A DNA stretch of 64,000 nucleotides from Ophelia neglecta (taxonomy: Eukaryota): NCBI GenBank assembly GCA_965285935.1, contig OZ260665.1:40052001-40116000 (forward strand). The letters run 5' to 3'. Positions within the stretch are counted from its first letter, which is position 1. Each line of letters opens with the position of its first letter. The position numbers and the translations under genes are program-made. A model generated the notes under the pieces. The model worked only from the letters and a program-made list of their open reading frames with translations. It made no database searches and was not told the origin of the DNA. Of the stretch, positions 38,932 to 52,307 are shown piece after piece.

Positions 38932-41620
38932 TCCTTAGAAATTATGAAAACTGCGGATTCGCAGAAGGGAAGCAGCTATTGTTTTCGTTTCCAGTAAAGT
39001 CCCTATGGTATATTAAATTTAATGTGGAATAATGATCTCTGAATACAAGCCCGCCCACCGGAAGAACATGGCAGGGGGCCTTGTGGGTTTGTGTTGACCA
39101 GCTGTGTGTGTGCCTGGGCAGCTGGTCCTTGCTGTCTGGTCGGCTACCAAGAGGTAAATACACCGGGCCACCATCTTTGTACGGCCATGTTTGTTCTGGC
39201 CTGGCATCGACCAACAAGTTTTGATAGCAGATAAACCGAAATGTTGACCCATGAATACATTTCCATAACAATAATTATGGGTGTTGGTACTAGCCCATTG
39301 ATTCATGGCTAAGAACAAGTCTTAGTTTTGTTCGAAAAAGTGTTTAAACTTCCGTTTGAATGTCCATGTATGCGACTATTATATCCTATTAATTTCGTTC
39401 CGGCATATTGTTGAATCGATTAACCTTTAACAATAGTGTATAAATATTCTGTCTCAGTGCAGTCCGGGATATGCGCATACCATGGATGATAAACTGTTTG
39501 AAAAAGCTCTGGGACCATCGTATAGCAGACTCGTTGAGTTCACAACGAGCCATTGCTAGCTTCTTGTCTATCATGGACAGATGGAAAATCAATGACGCAA
39601 GCTGCTAAAATACATTTGCACATGTAATAGCTTTGTTGCTGTGCAGTTTCTTTATTTTGAATAAATATCCCTAAATCATGCTCGAGCAAACCGGGCATGT
39701 ACGTTATGAACACTTACAAGACTCGTTCGAGATGGCTGGACCGTGGTTTAGGAGCTGAAAGTTCTTGGTGTAAAGAATAAATGCTGATCAGCTTTTTGCA
39801 CACGCACACAAAACCTTTTGTAGCGCCTATTTGCTTTAAACGTTTACAGCCGGTGTCGTCTGTGGTGAATGAAATTTGACCAGATGGACAAAATAAACCG
39901 ATATAGATGGCGGGTTTGTCCACTGATCCATTATACATCAACACATGCCGAGTGTGTCTCAACAATACAATACCGAAACGGCTTCTCTGATTTCCTATTT
40001 TGCCAAGTAATAAATGTGAATTTCAATTCCAGCAGCTAGCAAATGGGAAAACGAGAGCTTCTTTGTGTACTCCATATGCCATTTATCGTCGTGTAATGTT
40101 ATCAGAGCAGAAATGACTGCTTTCAGGAAGCTTGCAATCTACATGTGCAGCAAGGTGAAATGATTCCCTTTCTCAACAGAAAATTGCATCATTATGGAAG
40201 ATAGAAGACAGTATTTTGCCTCACTACTCCAGTTTCGGGTTGAATGTATGACCTTGGTACTGAATCACCCTCAGTCCTCTTAACGAAGGTATTCTTCGTT
40301 TTTACAGGCTCTGGTTGTCCCAGACCATCTCGGGTCGGAGCAAATTGCTCACACTCTTGTTCTGGCTGTTTGCTTCTTGTGATAAAAACATGTCGACCGG
40401 AAATAAGGAAGGAAACTGTTCCGGAAACCCATTTACCCACAATATGGCTCAATTGATTACACAAAGAACGCCTCTTTAATAAACATTACACGCCAATCTG
40501 ATGCTTCGAATGTCCTGACAGTTCGAGTCGAGTTTTTTCAAGAGACTGCTTTTTACGTTCAGAGCAGTCATGCAGAGTTAAACTGTTTTTCCGGCCTTTG
40601 TTATCTATGTCCCCGAAGAGCACACAATTACCTGAATGCATCCGAAGGCTAAAAGAACTTAGGGACCAAAGGATGTGAAAAGTGTCGACCTCTGGGGCAT
40701 ACCCTACGTTAATACTATTTTTCTGGCTCCCTCAGCCCGATAACTTCCCTTTTGTTCACAGTGTGAGGGTCTCGCCTGTCGGTCAGGCAGGAGGACACAG
40801 ATCATTTCTATTCTGTGCCCGTATTGGCCGTTTGTCAGCGTTTACCCACTCGGCCGACTGAGCGGAATCCATTGATTCAGCGTGGGCTGATGGACGGGCG
40901 AACAAAACCCGTCCGCCCCAACCATCCATCAAACGCCAATCTGGATCAGTCCGCTGAGCCGCTACCAACTTGGCACAATACACGGCACAGGCGGGCACTG
41001 GCGAGTTCGTATCTCTGCTAGGGAACAGCAGCCTGATCTATCCATGGCATAAAGTAGTCGTCAACTATTGGATTGTCTGGCATTTATTGTTTATGATCGC
41101 TTAATGGATTAGGCAATGTCAGATGACAAGCAAACATGAAATTCTCCTCAACTAAATTGTAGGCCCAACCTATTTGGTTAAAAAATTTAAAGTGGAATTT
41201 ATGGCTGAATGATTCGTGTATTAATTTTACGCAGAGGTTAAACCAATCTGGATCGTATGCATCAATCAATAATATGATATGAAAGTATGATTAAACGTGG
41301 TTTGATTTCCGGAATAAACATCTATCTGATTGATGAGTATATGAAGCCACATCGGCGTCAGGCTACATAAATATGTAATTCTTCTTTACTGCCCGTTTAG
41401 ATGAAGTTGCAAAAGATAACAAAAAAGGATGAGAGACTAATCGAACTAGGTGTCATCGTAGAATTAAGCTACATCTTGGGATAGAACAGAATGCTTGAAG
41501 GTTCAGAGTGGTTGGTACCCATGGGAATTCCCCCGCCCTTTCAGACCAATATCAGTTTTGTCATTGATGTTGGGAGACACAGCTGCAGTGTCAAAATTTT
41601 GTCATCAATCAACCATCGAT

Positions 41621-43498
41621 CCCGCCCTTCTGCTAGCTAGTCGTATTCAGCCATCCCCCGCCCTTCTCCTGCTAGCTAGTCGTATTCAGCTATCCCCCGC
41701 CCTTCTCCTGCTAGCTAGTCGTATTCAGCCATCCCCCGCCCTTCTCCTGCTAGCTAGTGGTAATCAGCCATCCCCCGCCCTTCTCCTGCTAGCTAGTCGT
41801 ATTCAGACATCCCCCGCCCTTCTGCTAGCTAGTCGTATTCAGCCATCTCCCGCCCTTCTCCTGCTAGCTAGTCGTATTCAGACATCCCCCGCCCTTCTCC
41901 TGCTAGCTAGTCGTATTCAGACATCCCCCCGCCCTTCTCCTGCTATCTAGTTGTATTCAGCCATCCCCCGCCCTTCTCCTGCTAGCTACTCGTATTCAGC
42001 AATCCCCCGTCCTTCTCCTGCTAGCTAGTCGTATTCAGACATCCCCCCGCCCTTCTCCTGCTATCTAGTCGTATTCAGCCATCCCCCGCCCTTCTCCTGC
42101 TAGCTACTCGTATTCAGCCATCCCCCGTCCTTCTCCTGCTAGCTAGTCGTATTCAGCCATCCCCCGTCCTTCTCCTGCTAGCTACTCGTATTCAGCAATC
42201 CCCCGTCCTTCTCCTGCTAGCTAGTCGTATTCAGCAATCCCCCGTCCTTCTCCTGCTAGCTAGTCGTATTCAGCCATCCCCCGTCCTTCTCCTGCTAGCT
42301 AGTCGTATTCAGCAATCCCCCGTCCTTCTCCTGCAAGCTAGTCGTATTCAACCATCCCCCGCCCCTCTCCTGCTAGCTAGTCGTATTCAAGCATCCCCCG
42401 CCCTTCTCCTGCTAGCTACTCGTATTCAGCAATCCCCCGTCCTTCTCCTGCTAGCTAGTCGTATTCAGCCATCCCCCGTCCTTCTCCTGCTAGCTACTCG
42501 TATTCAGCAATCCCCCGTCCTTCTCCTGCTAGCTAGTCGTATTCAGCAATCCCCCGTCCTTCTCCTGCTAGCTAGTCGTATTCAGCCATCCCCCGTCCTT
42601 CTCCTGCTAGCTAGTCGTATTCAGCAATCCCCCGTCCTTCTCCTGCAAGCTAGTCGTATTCAACCATCCCCCGCCCCTCTCCTGCTAGCTAGTCGTATTC
42701 AACCATCCCCCGCCCCTCTCCTGCTAGCTAGTCGTATTCAAGCATCCCCCGCCCCTCTCCTGCTAGCTAGTCGTATTCAAGCATCCCCCGCCCTTCTCCT
42801 GCTTGCTAGTCGTATTCAACCATCCCCCGCCCTTCTCCTGCTAGCTTGTCGTATTCAGCCATCCCCCGCCATTCCCCGGCTAGCTAGTCGTATTCAGCCA
42901 TCTCCCGCCCTTCTGCTAGCTAGTCGTATTCAGCCATCTCCCGCCCTTCTCCTGCTAGCTAGTCGTATTCAGCCATCCCCCGCCCTTCTCCTGCTAGCTT
43001 GTCGTATTCAGCCATCTCCCGCCTTCTCCTGCTAGCTAGTCGTATTCAGCCATCCCCCGCCATTCCCCGGCTAGCTAGTCGTATTCAGCCATCCCCCGCC
43101 CTTCTCCTGCTAGCTAGTCGTATTCAGCCATCCCCGGTCCTTCTCCTGCTAGCTAGTCGTATTCAGCCATCTCCCGCCCTTCTGCTAGCTAGTCGTATTC
43201 AGCCATCTCCCGCCCTTCTGCTAGCTAGTCGTATTCAACCATCCCCCGCTCTTCTGCTAGCTTGTCGTATTCAGCCATCTCCTGCCTTCTGCTAGCTAGT
43301 CGTATTCAGCCATCCCCCGCCATTCCCCGGCTAGCTAGTCGTACTCAGCCATCCCCCGCCCTTTTCCTGCTAGCTAGTCGTATTCAGCCATCCCCCGCCC
43401 TTCTCCTGCTAGCTAGTCGTATTCAGCCATCCCCCGCCCTTCTCCTGCTAGCTAGTCGTATTCAGCCATCCCCCGCCCTTCCCCGGCTAGCTAGTCGT
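41621..43498. repeat. Minisatellite, about 48 copies of a 39-bp unit (CTAGCTAGTCGTATTCAGCCATCCCCCGCCCTTCTCCTG) with 36-, 38- and 40-bp variants
   Basis: Head-to-tail direct repeats with no spacers, read directly. Confidence 0.98.
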
Positions 43499-46400
43499 CT
43501 TGCTCTTATCCCGCTTGCTTGAATGTTCGAGATTCAATGGTTCTTCGGCAAAAGAAAAAAGTAATATTATTCTACCATTAGTTTATATTCAGTCATGTTT
43601 CTAACTCGTGTCTCAACTATTAAAGCTAACTTGACCAGTAATAAATTAATGCTAACTTATTATGCATACTGTGAAAAAACGCTTTACGAGACAATATATA
43701 TTATATAATATATTATATACAAGTCTGGTCTCTTGTATAACATTAGGCCTAATGCTACCAGCTGGTGTGTTTCTTTCAAAAAACTTTTAACCAATGGATT
43801 TGATATACAATAGGCTCCGCGGCAGACACATTAAGCGTTGAACCGTTGCCACGCAGGTCGCATCTCCGGGCGTAATTACACAGGGATAAAATTGGGACTG
43901 TGTGGTCTTTTGGGGGATCTGAAGATTTACAACAAGACCGGGACGATCAGAATGGAGAAATGAGAAGTGTCCTGAATCAGGAGCAGCTAGTCCAATGTCA
44001 CAGGATGAAACGTAGCCTTTGACATTTTCACCTTAGAGATGGAAAAAAAGGCACGCAAAGTCATATCGCTGCGCAAATAACCAATTCGTAGAGATTGTTG
44101 AGTAAATGCGAGCAGAATTAGGTCGCGCCGCCAGGAATGGAGGACCAGATGGATCTTCCGGGAGGAAATCACCAAGTCTCCTATCTGTTGTTTTGTTGAC
44201 TGTAAGACAGAGATAATGACTTTGCCGTCGGTCATGACTAGTGATAGGTGCAGTCAAATGGACAAAACGCCAAGATTGGCCGCTTTCAATCAGCGCTGAG
44301 TACACAGCCGCGGAGAGCAGCCTGGCCGCTCAGCAAACAAAAGACAATTCAATCCACTGTCTGCAAGCGGCTGCAGCAGTGGGTCCCTCGCACCACATGA
44401 ATAACAACCGGGGTCACATGTCAAAGTTCAAACGGGTCGAAGTGAATGGTCAACCCTGACCCAATCAATAGACACAGCGTCTGGGTGGGGTCAGGGGACT
44501 CTGTAGTCAATGTGCAAACAAAATTGCGGGGATCGAAGTCGTAGATAACTCAGATAGAATTGCTGCTTCTTTGACCTGTATTTTAATAGCCAATGTTTCA
44601 GGTCATTTGCTGTGACCTAGATAAATGGCTCAGCACAATTGGCCCTCGCTTCACCGACTACTTCAATTGAAAATATTGAAAAGACATTTCATGGAGAAGC
44701 CCGGGTAGTAAAGCACGGGCATGCGAGGACACTAACTTCGATCTAGCTCCAGAATGCAGCTGTGCATATAGTATGGTCCACTTTTTGTACCCCTTTTACA
44801 CAGTTTTTCCAATACAAGAAGCTGTAGACAGAGGGAGATGTATTCTTTATGAAAGCTAGTTCCCCTTCCCTGATTTGTTCTAAATACTTATTCAGTCTTG
44901 GGATAGTACGGGCACATTTTCAAATTGCCTTTTTCAAGTTATTTGCTTCAATTTGTATCTTTTCTAGTGTCGTTGAAGGCAGATCATATAACAAATAAAA
45001 AAGCAGATACCTGCTTAGTATTCGGCTTGAAATGAATACCCATTAGATCATAACAGTTCAGTGTTATTATTTCGTACAATTTCAAACCTAATAAATAGTA
45101 CTAACATGGAGACATCGGCAACAGTAAAATTGCAGTTGTTACTATGGTTCGTTGTTTTCATTCGCTGGTAACTAATAAACCCGTGTGAATGACTTTGGCT
45201 ATTGTTATATAAGACAGTTAAGATGAAATAATACTGCCTTTTGGCATCATCTCAGATCAACCATGACGCATCGTTACTGATTTGGGACCTTTATTTCATT
45301 GGACATTCAATTTGACTATATTTTAATGTTTAATTTACTTTGAACGTCAATTAAACTACCCAACCGAAGAAATAGCAATGATGTGCACGTGGGCTCTTCA
45401 TGATTGATCAAAGACAGCCTTCGACTTTAGTAATGTCTGCTTTCTTTCTAATGATTTACTGGAGACTATCAACCTGATTGCCCTGTAATACCCAATGGTG
45501 ATTTTGGGTCAAGGCCTTGGCCTGGGGATACACAGGGTGTCTCCTGTCTCAATGGTCTTGAGCCGTCTGAGACCATCTCTATCTCCTTATGGTCCTAATC
45601 TGACAGTCATCAAACACCTGCGCTAATAGTCATATCTAATCAAACCAGAACTCTCCGCACGGGAGGCTTGTAACTAGCATAGGAGAGTTGGCAGACTTTT
45701 TTATTGTTTCATGTCAGTTGGTCATTATATTTGTTGTCGTTGGGTATTGATTCCCTGTTTGAGGCACGGATTCGAACATGCCTTCTCATACTTATTATTA
45801 TGCAGGAGATAGTATAATTTTAGTATAAATTTGCTCTCCGTTGTCGGTTGAGGCGTTCTTGACCAGCGATTCTGTCGTATAAACATTTCAAAGTGGTCTC
45901 CTCTGCCTGACCCTAACCACGACCCCCGCCTGCCGAGGGTTCTTAACAGAGTGTCAGGGAGGACTGATAACATCGGCCATTTGTCAGTGTCAGTCACGTT
46001 GCCACCACGTCTGATATGAGATGCCACTCAGCCCCCTAGTCATACTCACGGGGCCTGTCGAAATACGGTGTACGTTACCTATACCACTGGCTGCCTCTAT
46101 TAACACTGGCTCCTGCAAGACTGCTGGTCAAGCGATGGTGGTTTTCCAACGATCAATGATAAGATTCGTACAAGGCATATTCTTGGATATTTTGCTGTAT
46201 TAAAACACGATCTGTCATTTCCTGTGTAAGATATCCATATCTGGCTTTTTTTTACCCGCGTCTCTGAATCCTTCTATAAATATATGTTTTCTGTGTGCAC
46301 TTTCCAAACTCTCGGCTATCGTTTTGAGACATTCTCATCGAAAAGTGACCATTATCGTCGCTTGTCTAAGTATTCTCGAAGGATACGCACATGACTCAAT

Positions 46401-49400
46401 GGAATTTTCCATTATAAAGCCATCAGGGAAGCATGTCATGTTGTCTGACAGAGAACAGACAGGCAATCTGGGATAAACGAAATTTGCTATGATTTACTAA
46501 AGCTTAGATATCCATCTGAATTCCATTGATATTCTTTTCTGCTATACTTTTTTATTCATGGTGTTTAACACTGAAATTACTTTTGTAAGACCCGACAGCA
46601 TATCAATTCAGATTCTCAAACTTCGATTTCAAGATTACTTTATTTATACATGTATGTTTTGATAAAACACAAAGAGGTATCGATGCTTTCACGTGTCTTC
46701 TGCTTTATTAGCGTTCGTTATCGATATTACAACATCTGGGCTGTACCTTCATTCCATTATCAAGATGAAAACTAACTTTAGTTGCTGCTGAAATAAAAAT
46801 ATTTAAGATGTAATAAAGTTAGTCTAAGAGCGTTATGTCCGCCTCGGGACTGTTTTTAACGGGAGTCGAAGGATTTAAAACAAAGCCTTGTTGTACGATT
46901 GTCTTAGAAGTTTGACATTTTCCATACAGCACGAGTTAGGTTTATTCAAGGAGCTTCTGTCAGTGATTGATGAGGTGGTAGAAATGAAGACGGGGCTGTC
47001 GTTGTTACGTATGAAGTCTGGATACTGTCAGTTGTCAGAAAATATCTATAAGCAATTCTTAGGGGTCAAAGCGGTCAAAGTTAATACCCAATTACCGCCA
47101 CTCTGCTTTATTATTGTGACCGTTATTAAATTCAGTCAAATGGTATATCTGCCAGACCCACGTAATGATTGGTGAACCCAGAAAGGGAAATGATAATACC
47201 TAGGATATGATGGACAAGGGGCATCAGTAAAACATTTGTCAACATTTACTGCAACCAAAGATAATTTATCTCTTTGAAATGCATTGTGACAAACTGTTAA
47301 CCGCAGGGTTGCCTGCACGTTCATGACAATTTAAAAGCAACTTTGGTGCAATAGACATACAGTAGTATATAAAGAAAAGAATGATGAACAATATAGGAAG
47401 ACCAAAGGACGAAGCATTGCTAGAGAAAGCACGCATCCGAAATGGCCCCTATTTGAACTGTTCAAAAGCATAAAAAAATTGTTTTTATTGAAACAACTTT
47501 AATCACAATAGTTCTTGTATAGTCAAATTTAAACAACTGTGAGAGAAATCAAACAGGTGTTGTTATAAATCGATAACACAATGATCCGTAAGTCGAATCC
47601 TTTGGGGAAATCCAACAGACAGGCATGGCCGGCATCAGAGACCTTTGAGACGATTTTTGTCATTGTCTTTTTGAAATGTATCCTTGCCATGAGGGAGAAT
47701 ATCGGTCACAGATAGTAAGCGCTATGACGCCCAGTAGAATTCTTGGTTGTCAACGATGCTGTGCAAGTTTGTCTGGGTGAAAGCGTTTAAACTTTGCACT
47801 ACTAAATATCGTTCAGTTCTGCCAACCAAACATTTGAATGAAAAGAAAAATATAAGCCAAACCAATGTATACCCGACAGACAAACAAAGTCAGTTATCTA
47901 GAGTTAATGCGTTCTCTAATCGGTCCATCATCGAACTCATGAGGAACTTCCACCCAAGGCTCTCATTCCTCAACTGCACTGTGGCATTGTCCTAGAAGAC
48001 GCATTTCTTTTCAAAAACAACGATTGCCGGAAAAACATCCAATTATGGGAGTTGCTTGGCCGTGTCCATCCTTAAAGCAGAGGTCAATTTCTCTGTTGCC
48101 ACTTCCGGGCCCACCTCTTTCGGGTACCTTCATTGCTCAGTATATGAACATTCACGGATTCCTTCGTATTCAGCTAAACACTGCGTTTATACAGCATGTT
48201 TTGTTGGGTTTTGTTGTTGTTCTTTGCTTATGGTGATGGGAGATAGGTAAAAACACTATAAGATGTTGTGTATTTCTCTCCATTTGCTTTCGACATTTTC
48301 ATGATAACCAATGTGTTTACATGTAAGGTTTTGCTTAGACTTCAGTCCCTTCACGAGCAGTGATGCTTGTGTTGTCAATCTTCTCTTAGTCATCAATATG
48401 CTTATTATAATATAATTTTATTGAATGCCACTGTCAATTGGTAATGCTAGTTATCATCATGGCCCTGATTGAAGTTTCCCGGAACTCCATTTTAACCGTT
48501 TTGTGGTCTTCACAATAGTATGAAGCCTCGTTCTAAACAAGAAAAAGTGTCAATGACCGAATAAGAGGCCTTCTCCTCGTTGACAAAAGGCGAATTCAGT
48601 TATAGATTTGGCACAAAATGAGCGATTTAGTCAATATCTCCCGCATCTGTGCTATCGACTAGTCCATGGTCCCAAAACAGAGTAGACAAGCCTGTTTTGT
48701 TTGACCCGGAGCATCCAGGGTGAAAACCAAACCGAACAGTCCAGCATGAACATCTGCTGCTGATGACCTAATTCTTCTGTCAGTTGGTTGCGGCGGTTAA
48801 TGCATGGCTAAACGAAAGTTTTGTTTGTCTTAGCCTTTAGAAAAATGTCCGATTCTCTCCCTGACCCTCTTTATTGTCATGCAGTATTGAAAACACTGTT
48901 CTGTATGTGTGGCTTTGTTAAGTAGGTAACAAGATGATCAGGAGTGTTTAACTCACTCGTCGCATAACTGACTCACCTCATCGGGCTAAGGCAGCTTGTA
49001 TACTACTTCCCTTTGGCCAAGCAACATCGAAATCACTGCGGGATCCACGAAACCAACTTACGATTTATCTAACCCCTTGTTTTAGTAAACGATATCATTG
49101 ACATTGGTATCTAATGAAATTCATAATCATTCTAAATATGATCAACATGTGACGATCGACAGAAAAATGACAACTCTAGCATCAAGGCTCGTAAAGCTCG
49201 TGAATTATTAGTAGAACTATTCAGAACTACCGGACGGTTACAGTCATTGCGTAGTAAGAAAGTTTGTTATGCATATTGCAATTTTTCTTTGCGTTAGATA
49301 TCCCAGGGAAAACGTAAGTATCTGTGAGCTCCTCTCTGGTTTATTGCCCTTTCCAAGCATTTGACTCATACTGGTAGAAATGATTTTGCAACTGTGTTTG

Positions 49401-52197
49401 AACATATTTGGTGGAAAAGTGTTCTTGAATTTTAGCTTTTCTCATTTGAATGATGTGTGCCCTCATATATCAATCCAATTCGAAATAAAGGTCCCAAGTC
49501 AGCCTATACAATAACTACAGATATAGTATTTTACACGTTATTAACTTAATACAGCTATGTAATCGACGATTTCTTTTTCGCTGATACTATATTTAATTGA
49601 CAATGGTTGTTTAAAGCATTTTCTGAGGACTTTTCCACACTATGCCGAGGAATTGTCGGAATGCCGACAGAAGATCATGTCAACACATGATGGATGTATA
49701 TCGAGAGAAGATATTTGATGACAAGGGATTGTTGGTATTTAGTTTGTGTAATGACTCAAACACAGTACCTCTTCTAGCAGCATCATCAAACATTTGTACT
49801 CGGTTAGGCCGTCAATTCCCTCTGGCACTTACATTCTTGTTTCTTGCAGTGACTTCTCCAACGGGTAATTTGTATGACTAGGAAGATAACAGATTGTTGG
49901 TAGGGTTTGTCATGCCATTTGCAAATGTCAGTTTCATGTGTGAATGGCTACATTCAACTCGGGTTCACTCCATTGTGGATCTCTCGCTCATCATTCACTC
50001 TGACGGTCTACCAGGTATATCATCTTCCCAATGTCTCGTATGAAAGGCTATCCAGCCGTTGATGCCAAGCGATAATATATGGTATACGCGGATTGTTTAT
50101 CTTTATCCCAACATAGTGTGATAGAAGGCGAAATGCCATGAGTTAGGGCGTCATCTCCCTGTCTGCTACACATCACGAAGGCGCCTGTCGAGCCAGTGAG
50201 AAAAGGCAGTTTGATATCTTCCAGCCCGGGACTTAGCATAAGTTTCTAAACTTGAATAAAAAGGGCAATGCCAAACGAAAATTTGTATACACTTGTTGAA
50301 AGTTGCAGCAAAAAGCTAACGTTGGTGTTTGTAAAATGGAATTTATCTTTAAAAAGTCTTGTTGGCCTACGTATGACACCCTGGTGGATGTTGGCATAAT
50401 TTCAATATTAGAGTTTTAATAGACCTTCATAACATCATGGGTCTGGTGGTGTTAGTGTCTTTTAATAAAGCCTACGAAATATCTATCTCACATACAATTA
50501 TATTAGCATAGCCACACTGATATGAGTATGACAACCTTAGTAGCAACGCCAGTATTAACAAGGAAACGCTATGTAAACAAGTGACAAGTGTCTGGTGAAG
50601 GAAGCAGGAGAGGGACCAGGTGTGAGGGAAAGGAGGTAGACACTGCAGTGAGTGTAATGGTGTAGCTAGCAACTATGCAAGAATTAAATGTGCGTGGTTT
50701 TGATGAATGCGGATCGTTTTAATTGCTTATTCGTGAATAAAGGTTTTGGGAAGTCTGCCATGTATCCACTGATAGTAGTAACCCACATCGAAATAGACAC
50801 CATATTAAAAGTGTAAGTGTAAGCTTTGAAATTCAAACTGACATTTATAATATGAGGACATTATGATTGCCAATGAGGTTAATTATTGTAAATATATTAC
50901 TACCACAATTTCAAAATGTGTTATTATACCAACACATTCGTAGAAATGGAAATTGTGGAGGAACACTTAACTCATTTGAGAACGTTTCATAAATCCATAG
51001 TTATAATCATTTTTGTTTGAAACAAATACATCTTCTCAGCCGGTTGTCTTTGAAACATCTAAATGTTAATTAGGTCTTGAAAGCTGTCTCTAGAATTATG
51101 GAAGATTCCAAAATGAAACTACTAATCAAGGGACAACAAAATGGCAACATCTCAATAAACCAAATATATTGGCTTCACAATGGATGAAAACATATCCGGC
51201 GGAAACATATTTCAGAACTTTGCGCCATTTGAAATATTATCAGATGTAGCAATCTTGGTCTGATAAAATCAACCAATCAACACTTCTTAAAGTTTATAAC
51301 TCCAGTCTTATTGATTTCTGTTTCACCATTTGGAGGCACGGAAGCTAAACAAACCTTCTGAAAGTGCAGCGATTTCAAAACAAGGCAGTCAGGTCTAAAA
51401 GCAGTTACTTTGGCCGGGATATATCTAGTAAAACTTTAAGTAAATAAGTTGGACTTCAAACTATTACCAAACTGAGGGACTATTTATGAATCGCCTTCCA
51501 TAAGAATGCCTCCATGGGGCTGCCTTTCCCCATATTAAGCAAGCGAGAAACATAATTTTGTAGATCAATACCAGTCCCGCTATTACAAGACAAAACTTAA
51601 ATAAGGAGCTTGTTGAATTTTATTCTGGAATCAAGCTCTCCGTTTATAGAACGTAATTCAAATATCTTTATTACAGTGTAAAGCGAAAAAAGACTAGGAG
51701 CAATGGTAGTAGTGTAGTTGGGAATAATATTCAAGTTTGGGAACACATGACTGAACCGACCATTGCAATTTTCTTTGAGCATTGCTCGCTGTGCTCTTCA
51801 ATCAAATGCATATCGCTCGCTACATTCTTAATGATTGCAATAAAAGTTTCTTGTACAATATTTTATATCCTATAATTTCCTTATGGGGTCATACACTAAA
51901 CGTGTTCTATACATTTTTTTCTTGTGTGCTAAGGAAATATTGTAATTGGTAAGAACATTGTTAGAAATTGGCAATTATAATTAAAGCTATGTCCGGCTAG
52001 TTCGGAACGTTGAAGAAAACGGGGAATGCCCCATGATTCCTGGGGTATTACTTTTAATATCTGGATTTAGTTTCATGAAAACAATATGTATGTAATCAAC
52101 TACTTACAAACAGTTCGTTTTTGTTAAGAATTTTCTAGCGAGATAAATGTGAGGATATGTAAAAAGCCATCTCTTAACATTTTTTGTATTATTTCAG

Positions 52198-52307
52198 TTA
52201 TGGAATGACTACCAGCTGACCTGGGAACCGATAGATTACGGAGGTATATCTGTCATCAGAATATTACCTGACAAGGTCTGGAAACCGGACATCGTGCTAT
52301 TCAACAA
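52198..52307 (+). CDS. nAChRbeta1: nAChR beta1-like exon 4 (110 nt): LWNDYQLTWEPIDYGGISVIRILPDKVWKPDIVLFN(N)
   Basis: Not in the ORF track. Acceptor atttcag, donor AA|gtacgt in phase 2. W-x-PDIVL loop A motif. Confidence 0.96.

Noticed and set aside
40290-40385. Strong + strand acceptor at 40307 that could start an alternative exon in intron 3
   Set aside because: The in-phase frame stops after 24 codons, has no nAChR similarity and has no clear donor.
41621-43498. CRISPR-like array
   Set aside because: Units are contiguous with no unique spacers, there are no cas genes and the context is eukaryotic.
41495-43522. Repetitive ORFs (LASRIQPSPALLL)n in the minisatellite
   Set aside because: The unit length is a multiple of 3, so one frame is open by construction. 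Single-base indels (near 41930, 42048, 43020, 43283) break it, and it is intronic with no convincing start or splice sites.
47114-47126. TTGTGACCGTTAT, matching the 5' end of miR-2001
   Set aside because: The match ends after 13 nt and no complementary arm forms a precursor hairpin.
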